From Patescibacteria group bacterium (lineage in GTDB: Bacteria; Patescibacteriota; WWE3; UBA101185; UBA10185), in NCBI GenBank assembly GCA_049322215.1, contig JBMORU010000001.1, positions 260,023 to 324,022 on the forward strand: DNA of 64,000 nt, read 5' to 3'. Shown here in pieces: positions 28,924-38,466 of this stretch. Each line of letters opens with the position of its first letter. Position 1 is the stretch's first letter. The position numbers were made by a program, and so were the translations under genes. The notes under the pieces are model-generated. The model was not told the DNA's origin. It saw only the letters and a program-made list of their open reading frames with translations, and did not search any database.

Positions 28924-29415
28924 TTGTGCTACTTACATGCAATAATTAGATGTATGGAAAACATTTCCTCACTGGTTGATAAAAGTCAAAAACCTGCCTC
29001 AAAATTAAGTATAGTTTCATTTTTATTTGTGTTAGAGGTTTTTGTACTAGGCTTAAGTTTATTGCCTACAAAAAACTTCCCAGATTCTAAGTCTCTGAAA
29101 GATCCGTATGCTGGTTTTGACGTTCTTTCTGCAACAGACCTACGCGATAACAAAGACACGCTAATTATTACCAATACTGATGAATCAGAAATGAGTCTTT
29201 TTAACCCTGTTACTCTTTATGTAAATGAGTCGGAAATAACTGACAAAGGTATAAACTCTTATTTTTGGTCTTCTGGAGACGGAGTTACTTACGATTCAAA
29301 AACGTTTACACATACTTATAAAGATGAAGGGGTTTATGAGGTGCAGTTACTTGTTGTAGATTCATCGGGTAATACTTTTAGTAGTTCTAAAGCCATTCGT
29401 ATTTTGGCTCAATAG
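28924..29415 (+). CDS. Membrane-anchored PKD-domain protein
   Basis: WSSGDGVTYDSKTFTHTYKDEGVYEVQLLVVDSSGN matches the PKD domain pattern. Confidence 0.55.
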   Translation: MCYLHAIIRCMENISSLVDKSQKPASKLSIVSFLFVLEVFVLGLSLLPTKNFPDSKSLKDPYAGFDVLSATDLRDNKDTLIITNTDESEMSLFNPVTLYVNESEITDKGINSYFWSSGDGVTYDSKTFTHTYKDEGVYEVQLLVVDSSGNTFSSSKAIRILAQ

Positions 29416-29424
29416 TATATTTTC

Positions 29425-29943
29425 TTGAACAAAAACTTAAAAACGGTTATAGTTCCAGTACTTATGTTACTAACGCCACATACATTCGTAGGTATTGCAA
29501 TTGCAACCTCTATTCCCAATCCAATAATTTCAGTACCTCTATCGTTTTTAATGCATTTCGCAGGAGATAAAGTTCCTCATTGGGATTTTTACTCAAACAC
29601 TAAAAAAGAAGAGCGTTTAATTGGATGGCGTCCCTTGGCAGTTATGGCAGACTTGGTTGCAGGAGTTGCTGTTGGATTGACCTTTACTTACTATGCTTTG
29701 TGGGTAACTTTTGATACAAGTTTAGCTCTTAATATATTTTTGTGTGGAATTGCCTCTGTTTTACCTGATGCTTTAGAGGGTCCTTATATTTTTATGAAGT
29801 ATGAACCTAAATTTCTGCGTCACTTAACCAACCTCCAACGAAAAGCACAGTTTCAAGCGCCCTTGCCCTGGGGAATTTTATCGCAGGTTTTTGTTGTGCT
29901 AGTATGTCTTCTTCTAATTTATAATTCACCTCTAAGTGGTTGA
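29425..29943 (+). CDS. Membrane protein; unknown function
   Basis: 172-aa ORF with 4 TM segments. Confidence 0.45.
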   Translation: MNKNLKTVIVPVLMLLTPHTFVGIAIATSIPNPIISVPLSFLMHFAGDKVPHWDFYSNTKKEERLIGWRPLAVMADLVAGVAVGLTFTYYALWVTFDTSLALNIFLCGIASVLPDALEGPYIFMKYEPKFLRHLTNLQRKAQFQAPLPWGILSQVFVVLVCLLLIYNSPLSG

Positions 29944-31696
29944 AATAAGCAAATACTTAAAATTTCGTAATATACAAATAACAATACTTTTTGTTTTAGT
30001 CATTAGTGTTTACGCTAATTCTTTAACTGGAGATTTTTTGTACTTAGATGATTATGGTGGTTTTGTTAACAATTCTGCAATTCAAAGCTTGTCTACAGCT
30101 TTTAAAAGCTTCAATATTAATACCGTTATTTACGCGCTAAGTTATAAACTGTTTGGTTTAAATCCTATACCGCTTCATATAATGTCTTTAATACTTCATT
30201 TAAGCAATGTGCTTTTAGGTTATACATTCTTGTCTAAATATTTTAAAAATGAAGTATCTTTTTTTTCTACCGCTTTATTTGCAGTGCACCCTGTTAATAC
30301 CGAAGTAGTTGCCTGGATTTCTGGTAGGCAATATTTATATGTACTACTGTTTTTGTTCCCTATTTTGCTGCTTTTAGATAAATTTCAACAGAGCAAAAAC
30401 ACAAAATACTATTGGTTTAGTGTTATATTTTACATTTTAGTGGTGTTTTTGTATCGAAATCCTCGTGTTGGTCTAATTCCCCCTGCGGTAGTGCTAATAA
30501 ATTATGGAATTATGTATAAAAAATACAAGCCGCTAGCTTTGTTAAAGTTTGTTCCCTATTTTATCGGAGGATTATTTTTGTGTTTACTTGTGTATTCTCC
30601 TATAAAAAACAGATTAGCCGAAAACGGTCCTAATTCTTTAGTTGGGTCAAATTATGTGGGTACTTACTTAAATGAGGAATCTTACATACCTATTGTAGAA
30701 AGTTACCCCTATACATTTTATTCTATGCTTCAATACTATATTTTTCCTGTTGAGCAAACTGTTTATCATGATGGGGGTTTGATAAATCGTTTTGAGTACA
30801 TATTTATGTTTTTACTTTTTATAGCATTTATTCAATTGCTTCTATATTTATTCTTTAAAAACGATAAACGTGCTTATGTGTTGTTACTTATGTTAGTTTT
30901 TTTGGCTCCATCTTTAAGTCCTGTTAAGCTAATTTGGTATTTTTCTGAAAGATATTTATATCTTGGAGGACTATTTTTCTTTTCTTTAGTTGTGTCTTTT
31001 TTATTTAAGTTTGTAGAAAAACGTAACCTAACGCGCCCCTTGTACATGTTTTTACTTTTTGTACTAGTTTTATTATCTTTAATGACTATAAAACGAAACA
31101 CTGCTTGGGCGAGTGACTATTCTTTGGCATTAGCTACTATTGAAGTAATTCCAAATAGCCCAAAAGGCTATAACGACTTAGGTAATGATATTTATAGACG
31201 AACTGGTGATTATAAGGAAGCTTTAAACCACTACAAAAGTGCTTTAAAGGCACATTCTGATAATCACGTTGCACTTAATAACTCTGGGTACATTCTTTTA
31301 AATGAGGGGATTCCTGCTATTGAGTACTTAGAGTATATATCTTCTAAAAATCCTAATTACTTTGAATTAGGCGTAACTTCGTTTGAAAATAAAAGTAATA
31401 CTAAAGCCATATACTATTTATCGCTGGCAAGCACATCAACTTTAGAAGAGGAAAAGCTTCGTTTAAATATTATTGCAGAATTGTTAGCTAGCTCTTTTAA
31501 GTATAGCGATGCCTTAGTTTATATTGAACATGCTTACACTATTGATTCTTCTTTTCAGCGCACTTTGCTAAATTTGTTTATTATCAATTTTCAATTAAAA
31601 AATACTGCAGAATCACAAAAAGTACTTGATGAGTATGTTGCGTTATTTGGCGAGGATTTTTACTATTACGAAATGCTTAGTCTTTTAAAAGAATAA
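29936..31696 (+). CDS. GT-C-fold (PMT/ArnT-like) membrane glycosyltransferase with C-terminal TPR repeats
   Basis: ~11 TM N-terminal region plus C-terminal TPR-like repeats (YNDLGNDIYRRTGDYKEALNHYKSALKA..). Confidence 0.55.
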   Translation: MVEISKYLKFRNIQITILFVLVISVYANSLTGDFLYLDDYGGFVNNSAIQSLSTAFKSFNINTVIYALSYKLFGLNPIPLHIMSLILHLSNVLLGYTFLSKYFKNEVSFFSTALFAVHPVNTEVVAWISGRQYLYVLLFLFPILLLLDKFQQSKNTKYYWFSVIFYILVVFLYRNPRVGLIPPAVVLINYGIMYKKYKPLALLKFVPYFIGGLFLCLLVYSPIKNRLAENGPNSLVGSNYVGTYLNEESYIPIVESYPYTFYSMLQYYIFPVEQTVYHDGGLINRFEYIFMFLLFIAFIQLLLYLFFKNDKRAYVLLLMLVFLAPSLSPVKLIWYFSERYLYLGGLFFFSLVVSFLFKFVEKRNLTRPLYMFLLFVLVLLSLMTIKRNTAWASDYSLALATIEVIPNSPKGYNDLGNDIYRRTGDYKEALNHYKSALKAHSDNHVALNNSGYILLNEGIPAIEYLEYISSKNPNYFELGVTSFENKSNTKAIYYLSLASTSTLEEEKLRLNIIAELLASSFKYSDALVYIEHAYTIDSSFQRTLLNLFIINFQLKNTAESQKVLDEYVALFGEDFYYYEMLSLLKE

Positions 31697-31699
31697 TAG

Positions 31700-33199
31700 C
31701 TACTTTTTTTCTTTGCTTAAGGGACTCATATTAACCGATAAAATAAAAAAAGCTACTATGCCCCCTAATGTTAAAATTACCAGTGGCGTATCTTTTTCAG
31801 CTGAAACTATACCTATTACACCTAAAATTGCTGTTGAAATCCAATAAAATATAGCAGTTTTTTTGACACTCCATCCTCTACGTAAAAGCAAATGATGCAA
31901 ATGGCCTTTGTCTCCTTTGTAAGGCGCTTTTTTTTGTAATATTCTTCTTAACACTGTAAAAGAGCCATCTAAAAACGGTATAAGTAATACAATTATAGAA
32001 GTTGCAATTTTTGCACGAGTGATAATAGATAGTGAAGCAATTACTGCTCCTGCAGACATTGCACCAAATCCCCATAAAATTTTTGATGGGTGCCAATTGT
32101 ACGGTAATATGCCTAAGCTTGCTCCGGCTAATACTGCTGCAATTTTTGCTGCTTGTTCTTGTTCTGGTTCAATATTTATTAATCTCAAAGCCAATATAGC
32201 TATAACTATGGCAGCAATACCTACTATACCTGAATACTGTCCATCTATTCCGTTTGACCAAGATAGCATGTTCATTACCCAAAGAATCCATAAAAAAGTA
32301 AACAAAATAGCTACAGGGGCAATTGTTAGCGATCCTGCTTGAAGCTTAAAGCTATTCAATATCAGTGCTCCATTAAAAGGGTTTCCAATTATATCTGTTT
32401 GTACTCCTGACATTAAAATGGGTAAAACAGCTATAGGAAGTAAAATAAATAGTCTAATTAGGGGATTACCCGCAAACTTTAGTTTGTAATTTGGATTGGT
32501 ATTTGCATAATCGTCCATTAAACCAATGATTGCTGTTAGCATTACCGTAGTGAGAACCCCCACCACTTCTTTGCTTATTGGTATAAAAATTATAACTGTA
32601 ATCAAAAAAGCTATAGAAAATACTATGCCCCCACCCCTTACTGCTGGCTGTTTCAGTAGCATTCCAGGATGTTTATGTACGGCAGGGTCTGTTACTAAGT
32701 CTCTGCTTTTTGCAAACTTAATAAACCTTGGCGTTATAAAGTATGCTAGTCCAAGAGAAAATACAAATGGAACTAACATTTCAAGGTATAAAGGCTCAAT
32801 TAATGGGTTAAATGTAGTAGATGCCTTAAATATTATTCTCACGAGCGAAAAAGTTAACAGTATATTAGCTAAGGTGATAACATAGTAAATTAGTATTTCA
32901 GAAAATCTGAAAAGTCTTTTTTTTGTTATTATACTTAGCCATACACCAATAATTAAAAGGCTAAGCATAAGTCCAGGCATTATAAATAAAAGACTTTTTT
33001 CTGCTAGTTGTGTATTACCCCAAGGTTTTGTATACCACAAAGGAACCATATCATTTATATACTGAAAACGAGTTTTAAGATAAAGAAATGAGCCTATCAC
33101 GATAATAGTATTTATTACTATTACTTCACCTAGATTTTCGGGAAATCTCCTTTTGGCATCTTTCAGCTTTTTTGAAACGTTTTTAAATACTTTTAGCAT
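31700..33199 (-). CDS. Polyprenyl-phosphate N-acetylhexosamine-1-phosphate transferase (WecA/MraY GT4 family) with extra N-terminal TM domain
   Basis: GLMDDYAN, NMLSWSNGIDGQ and HLHHLLLRRGWS motifs. Confidence 0.8.
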   Translation of the reverse strand: MLKVFKNVSKKLKDAKRRFPENLGEVIVINTIIVIGSFLYLKTRFQYINDMVPLWYTKPWGNTQLAEKSLLFIMPGLMLSLLIIGVWLSIITKKRLFRFSEILIYYVITLANILLTFSLVRIIFKASTTFNPLIEPLYLEMLVPFVFSLGLAYFITPRFIKFAKSRDLVTDPAVHKHPGMLLKQPAVRGGGIVFSIAFLITVIIFIPISKEVVGVLTTVMLTAIIGLMDDYANTNPNYKLKFAGNPLIRLFILLPIAVLPILMSGVQTDIIGNPFNGALILNSFKLQAGSLTIAPVAILFTFLWILWVMNMLSWSNGIDGQYSGIVGIAAIVIAILALRLINIEPEQEQAAKIAAVLAGASLGILPYNWHPSKILWGFGAMSAGAVIASLSIITRAKIATSIIVLLIPFLDGSFTVLRRILQKKAPYKGDKGHLHHLLLRRGWSVKKTAIFYWISTAILGVIGIVSAEKDTPLVILTLGGIVAFFILSVNMSPLSKEKK

Positions 33200-34745
33200 T
33201 TCTTACCTTAGGGGTATGATAATGGTCTTTCATTTTTTTACCTAACATCATTCTTGTTTGTGCATCAACGTAAGGAATGAATGAGTATGTTAATAAGTTA
33301 ACAATTACTAAAGGGCTTTCAAGAAATACCAAAGCCTTTTTCCAAACTGGCCATGTTTTTGGCATAGGTCTGGAAATTTTGGATCTTATAATAATTCCTG
33401 GTACAAAAAATACCATAGTAAAAGTTAATATTACGCTCATCATGTCTGGTAGGCTATATGCAAAACTTGTTTGTTTAATATTTGGGTTTGTTAATGTAGC
33501 AATACCGAATCCAAAAGTCATTAAAAATACCATGTTTACCAAAAGAATTCTTTTATGCAAATGCTTCATAGTCCACATTATTTTTTTACTCAAAGATACT
33601 TCTTTATTCGTTAAAAAGCCTTTTACCGAAAGTGGAAAATCAATTACACCGTATCCCCATCTTAATAACTGCTTATACATGCTTACGTGAGACTCTAAGA
33701 AAGTTTTACCTTGCACAGCGTCTGCTGAAAAAGGAATATAGTGTGGTGTTCCTACATAATCACCATTTCTAGCAAAGAAAGCTCTCCAGTAATATATTGT
33801 GTCATCTATTCCTAAAGCAGGGTCCCAATAATCAGCATCAATTAAAGTTTGAAGTGAGGTAGAGTAGGCGGCAAAGTTATCCTTCGTTGGAGCGTTATCG
33901 TGAAAAGCCCAGTCGGATAAGGTTCCAATAGTAACAAAGCTTGCTTCCATTCTCATTAATGTTGGCACGTCCCAACTGTTATTATTAAATGTATAAACTG
34001 CTGACGAGTAAAATCTATTGTCTCTTTTGTCAGAGGTTAAGTATAAGTGGGTGAGTCTAGCTATATATTGTTCGTGTAATACGTGATCACAGTCTATTGT
34101 AGTAAAAATAAAATCCCTTATTGGTTGATTTTCGTTAACTAATTTTTGTACAGCATGTTTTGCTCCCCATGTTCTGTTTGCGGCAGCAACACCTATAGCT
34201 TCTCCAGGTATTCCTGCAGGGTGTACGAAAAACATAAATTGCTCTAGTTTATCTATTCTGTCACCAATTGCTTCTAAAACATTGGCTTTAACCTGATCCT
34301 GATATTTTTCTTCTGCGGTAAATACTAAAGTGGTTTGGTTTACAGGAAATGTTTGATTAAAAACAGCATCAATGGCAGGTTTTAAAACAGCAACGGGTTC
34401 GTTGACTACAGGAATTAGTATAAAGTGTTTAATACTTTCAAGATTTTTCGGTAGAGTTTTTTTATCGGGTAAAGTAGAAAACTCCAATTTGCTGCACTCT
34501 AACATCCAGTCTACTTTTAATTCGTTTTTATATTTTATATAACCCATTATGCTGCCTAAAGTGCCTTTTACCGCTAAGTACGACCAATAAACTGTTATAA
34601 AGGTTAATAAATAAACTACTGCCTCAGGGTATATTAAAGACAGCCAAACTGGTGAAAGTATAAAAGCCCAGGTAAGCATCCCGGGTATAATTTCTAAAAG
34701 CCTATGAACTTGTTTATCGTATTTAATTACGAATTCTCTTACCAT
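33183..34745 (-). CDS. Membrane-integrated processive family-2 glycosyltransferase (cellulose/chitin-synthase-like)
   Basis: DCD and QLLRWGYG (QxxRW) motifs; N-terminal and C-terminal TM segments. Confidence 0.7.
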   Translation of the reverse strand: MVREFVIKYDKQVHRLLEIIPGMLTWAFILSPVWLSLIYPEAVVYLLTFITVYWSYLAVKGTLGSIMGYIKYKNELKVDWMLECSKLEFSTLPDKKTLPKNLESIKHFILIPVVNEPVAVLKPAIDAVFNQTFPVNQTTLVFTAEEKYQDQVKANVLEAIGDRIDKLEQFMFFVHPAGIPGEAIGVAAANRTWGAKHAVQKLVNENQPIRDFIFTTIDCDHVLHEQYIARLTHLYLTSDKRDNRFYSSAVYTFNNNSWDVPTLMRMEASFVTIGTLSDWAFHDNAPTKDNFAAYSTSLQTLIDADYWDPALGIDDTIYYWRAFFARNGDYVGTPHYIPFSADAVQGKTFLESHVSMYKQLLRWGYGVIDFPLSVKGFLTNKEVSLSKKIMWTMKHLHKRILLVNMVFLMTFGFGIATLTNPNIKQTSFAYSLPDMMSVILTFTMVFFVPGIIIRSKISRPMPKTWPVWKKALVFLESPLVIVNLLTYSFIPYVDAQTRMMLGKKMKDHYHTPKVRNAKSI

Positions 34746-35527
34746 GTTAAGTCTTTTAATCCAAAAATAGCGCAGGTATTTTTAACTGAAAAATCTGATA
34801 TTATCTCAAATTTTTCTTTTTTAACCTCCGCTACTTTTTCAGCGATTATTTTAACATATTTGGGTTCGTTAATCTTGTTCCTATAGCCTTCAGGGGAAAG
34901 GTAAGGAGCATCAGTTTCTACTATAAAACGATCTAAAGGTGTTTTTATAACCGTTTCCCACAGTGACCGTCCAGATTTATAAGTTATTATTCCTGAAAAT
35001 GAAATATAAAATCCTAAATCAATATACTGTTTTGCTATTTCCCAAGTTGAAGCAAAACAGTGTACCACACCCCTTAAGCTTTTTGACTTATACTGCTTAA
35101 GTAAACTCAAAACTTCTTTGTCTGCATTTCTGTTATGTATTACTAATGGTAAGTTATTTTTTAAGGCGAGTTGAATTTGCATTTCAAAAAGAGCTAGTTG
35201 CTCTTGCACCAATCTTCCTCCTTTCCAATCCGTTATGTCAACACCACATTCCCCAATTGCTACTACGTTTTCACCATTAATTAGTTTGCTTAGTTCTTTT
35301 TCTAATAAATCTATTGGAGTATTTAACTCTTCATGTGGATATATACCTACTGCACAAAAAATTTCACTATTGGTATTTGCTAAGGTACACGCATTTTTGC
35401 TGTCTGAAATATTTGTTCCTATAGTGATAAATGCACCAATCCCCTCATTTTTTGCATCAGAGATTATTTTTTTAAAGTTATTATTAAGTTTTTCATCTGT
35501 GAGATGGCAATGTGAATCTATAAGCAT
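34739..35527 (-). CDS. TatD-family metal-dependent hydrolase/DNase
   Basis: MLIDSHCHLTDEKL.. start and conserved His/Glu/Asp pattern. Confidence 0.9.
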   Translation of the reverse strand: MLIDSHCHLTDEKLNNNFKKIISDAKNEGIGAFITIGTNISDSKNACTLANTNSEIFCAVGIYPHEELNTPIDLLEKELSKLINGENVVAIGECGVDITDWKGGRLVQEQLALFEMQIQLALKNNLPLVIHNRNADKEVLSLLKQYKSKSLRGVVHCFASTWEIAKQYIDLGFYISFSGIITYKSGRSLWETVIKTPLDRFIVETDAPYLSPEGYRNKINEPKYVKIIAEKVAEVKKEKFEIISDFSVKNTCAIFGLKDLTW

Positions 35528-35583
35528 TATTTGTATTATACTTGTTTGAAGTATAATGACATTGAGAATGTTTTTGATATCTT

Positions 35584-36513
35584 ATGTTTAAAACAACTGT
35601 CTACAAAATTTTTGCTTATATTTTATTTTTTTTAACTTCAGTTACTGTAGTTTTTGCACAGGAAACAAATCCCTTTTCGAATATTATTAACTCTCCTGAA
35701 AAGCCTTTATATAAGCAGGATTATATTTTTGATGAGACTAATGATTCAAAAAAGAACTTTTATAAATCTTTTGACTTATTTCCTGTTGCGGACTTTATGA
35801 GCTTAAGGGATTCCTATGTGCAGTTTCTTGAATTAAATTGTGAAGGTACTATTGATCGCTGTGATCCTACTAATGCTGTTGTTTTGGCGCGCACCAAGGA
35901 ATTATTAACAAAAAAGGTAGATGCTTTTGATTCATATTTTGTAGTAATTATTTCTAACGTGAGTAAAAATGAAAACTTAGCACCTGATGATCAAGAGTTA
36001 TTAATAACCTTGATGAAAAGCTATACTGACCGTTTAGATAGGCTAAAGACATCTGTTAACTCTACTAATAATATAACTGTTTTACGTGATTTATCTACAC
36101 AAATTGACCAACAAATAACATTAAGTTTAGATATTATTAAAGGCACTGCGGGCGACGCTTATATAAAAAAAGGTAAAACCTATATAATCACATATTCTAG
36201 TCTCTTAGATACATTGAATAGCCATGTTAACTCCGCAATAAAAGTAGGTAATAATATGGACGCGTCTAGTTCTAATTTGAATACTGCAGGCGAGTTGTTG
36301 CAAGAAGCGTCAAAAGATTTTGATTCCGCAGACCAATTATTAACCGCAGCAAACAAATCTAGTGATCCTTTAGGCGCTGCAAATACTGCCTATGCTGACT
36401 TTTCGTCGGGTTTAATGAAACTACGCAGAGTTAGAAACTTATTGAATTTAGTAATTTTAGATCTAGATACTGCCTATGAAAAAAATAGTTGGAAGCTGGA
36501 GGTACAAGAATGA
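35584..36513 (+). CDS. Secreted hypothetical protein
   Basis: 309-aa ORF with an N-terminal signal peptide. Confidence 0.5.
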   Translation: MFKTTVYKIFAYILFFLTSVTVVFAQETNPFSNIINSPEKPLYKQDYIFDETNDSKKNFYKSFDLFPVADFMSLRDSYVQFLELNCEGTIDRCDPTNAVVLARTKELLTKKVDAFDSYFVVIISNVSKNENLAPDDQELLITLMKSYTDRLDRLKTSVNSTNNITVLRDLSTQIDQQITLSLDIIKGTAGDAYIKKGKTYIITYSSLLDTLNSHVNSAIKVGNNMDASSSNLNTAGELLQEASKDFDSADQLLTAANKSSDPLGAANTAYADFSSGLMKLRRVRNLLNLVILDLDTAYEKNSWKLEVQE

Positions 36514-36938
36514 AACTTCCTAAAAGTTTTCAAACAAAAAAACCAAAACACAAAAGCAATAAGCATGCTATTGAAGATAAACATGTTATTTCTAATGCAT
36601 ATTTTGAGCCTTTAGAACCAATGAAATCCTCTGGCTTGTCTACAACATATAAGCAGTATTTGACTTTTGGCGTATTTATACTGTTAGCTATTGGCGTTTT
36701 ATCATTTTTTTACTTGAATAGCAGAAGTCGCGAATTTTCAAAAGATAGCGTTACCATTGACTTAGTATCTCCCGACACTACACCAGGAATTTCAAAGCCT
36801 AACCCAGTAGAGGTTTCCCCCATTGAAGAAATAAAAACAAATGCTGATATGTTGGGTGACGATTTAGATAAATTTGCCATCGAATCTGATTTAGATGGTT
36901 TTAAAACTGATTTGGGACTAGATTCCCCCATTTTTTAG
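36489..36938 (+). CDS. Membrane-anchored hypothetical protein
   Basis: 149-aa ORF with a single TM. Confidence 0.45.
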   Translation: MEAGGTRMKLPKSFQTKKPKHKSNKHAIEDKHVISNAYFEPLEPMKSSGLSTTYKQYLTFGVFILLAIGVLSFFYLNSRSREFSKDSVTIDLVSPDTTPGISKPNPVEVSPIEEIKTNADMLGDDLDKFAIESDLDGFKTDLGLDSPIF

Positions 36939-37301
36939 CTATCTTAACGATTTTATATACGCATATATAGAAAAATACAAAAGAATAAAAAGAACAATGT
37001 TTAAACTGTTTACAATACTAAATGCTCTAAATGCAAATAAGGCGGTAATACCCAAGCTAATAAAAGCCGCCCAGATAAAGGATTTTCTATAGATTTTCCG
37101 TAAGTTTGAGTATTGTGGGGCTTTTTTGTGCTTAAAAATGTATATAGCTATAGAAATAGTGAACGACATTGTAACAAAAATTAAAGCCAATACAGTAGCT
37201 ATTATTTTATTATTTTCCGGGGGATGTATTGCAAGGATTCTAGCTAATACTATCCACAATCCTGCTGTTAATAGTACTACGGTGTAAAAAAATTTAGGCA
37301 T
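36939..37301 (-). CDS. Membrane protein; unknown function
   Basis: 120-aa ORF with 4 TM segments. Confidence 0.45.
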   Translation of the reverse strand: MPKFFYTVVLLTAGLWIVLARILAIHPPENNKIIATVLALIFVTMSFTISIAIYIFKHKKAPQYSNLRKIYRKSFIWAAFISLGITALFAFRAFSIVNSLNIVLFILLYFSIYAYIKSLR

Positions 37302-37334
37302 ATACGCATATTAACATTCTGATAGAATACCTTC

Positions 37335-38387
37335 ATGGATCCTGTTCAACTTATTTTGCTTGTTTTAGTTTTAGTCATTGTTGCTGTCGTTTCTGTTATG
37401 TTTTTTGTATCTAAGCAAGTAACAACCTTAAAAACAGAACTTTCCAGTGATTCTGATGTCATATTACTAGAGTGGCTTAAAGAAATGAAAACAAGTGTTG
37501 ATAAAAATTCTGATGTTTTAGAGCGCCAACTAAAAGATCATCGTTCTGCTATGAATGAGCAAACCAAATTAATGTGGGAACGCCTAGACAATGCTTCAAA
37601 GGTTATAGGTGATGTACAGCAGCATTTGGGTGGTTTGCAGGAATTTGGTAAAGATATGAAAGACTTAAGCAACATACTTAAGTCTCCAAAACTTAGAGGC
37701 GGTTTAGGTGAACAATTTTTGTATGAAATTCTTGATAATTCTCTTCCTAAAGAAATGTATAAAGCGCAGTATAAATTCAGAGATGGGAGCGTTTGTGACG
37801 CAATAATAATCACAGAAAAGGGCATAATTCCTATAGATTCTAAGTTCCCTATGGAAAACTTTAAATTAATGCTTACTGAAGGCGACGATCTTGCCAGAGA
37901 AAAAGCTAAAAAAGTTTTTGTACGTGATGTTAAAAAGAGAATAGACGAAATTTCTTCTAAATACATTTTACCTGAAGAGGGTACTACCGATCAGGCAGTT
38001 ATGTATGTTCCTTCAGAAAATGTTTATTACGAGCTAATTGTTAACACTCCTGAGATTGAAGAATACTCTAAGCAAAAAAACGTGGTTTTGGCTTCTCCAA
38101 ACACGCTATCTTACTTTTTAAAAGTTATCCTAGTTGCTTTTCAGCAGCATGAGTTGCAAAAACATGCTGGAGATATATTAAAGTCACTAGCAGGAATAAA
38201 GGTGGAAGCACAAAAGTTTGAAGGCGAACTCGATGTCTTAGATGGTCATATTTCACGAACATTTAAATCTATGGATAATGTTAAGTCTAAATATCAAAGA
38301 CTATTTGGAAAAATCGAGTCTGTTCACACATTAGATAGCGAAACGGAGACACCCTTGATTGATAGTGATCAAGCAGAGGTGTTTTAA
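37335..38387 (+). CDS. rmuC: DNA recombination protein RmuC
   Basis: N-terminal TM, coiled coil, and VLASPNTLSYFLKVI RmuC-type motif. Confidence 0.75.
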   Translation: MDPVQLILLVLVLVIVAVVSVMFFVSKQVTTLKTELSSDSDVILLEWLKEMKTSVDKNSDVLERQLKDHRSAMNEQTKLMWERLDNASKVIGDVQQHLGGLQEFGKDMKDLSNILKSPKLRGGLGEQFLYEILDNSLPKEMYKAQYKFRDGSVCDAIIITEKGIIPIDSKFPMENFKLMLTEGDDLAREKAKKVFVRDVKKRIDEISSKYILPEEGTTDQAVMYVPSENVYYELIVNTPEIEEYSKQKNVVLASPNTLSYFLKVILVAFQQHELQKHAGDILKSLAGIKVEAQKFEGELDVLDGHISRTFKSMDNVKSKYQRLFGKIESVHTLDSETETPLIDSDQAEVF

Positions 38388-38466
38388 TTTTGCTTTTTTT
38401 ACTTATCCAAATCTCTCCTTATTTAGTTTCTCGAATATTTTAACATTAGTACGTTATAATGCTCCC

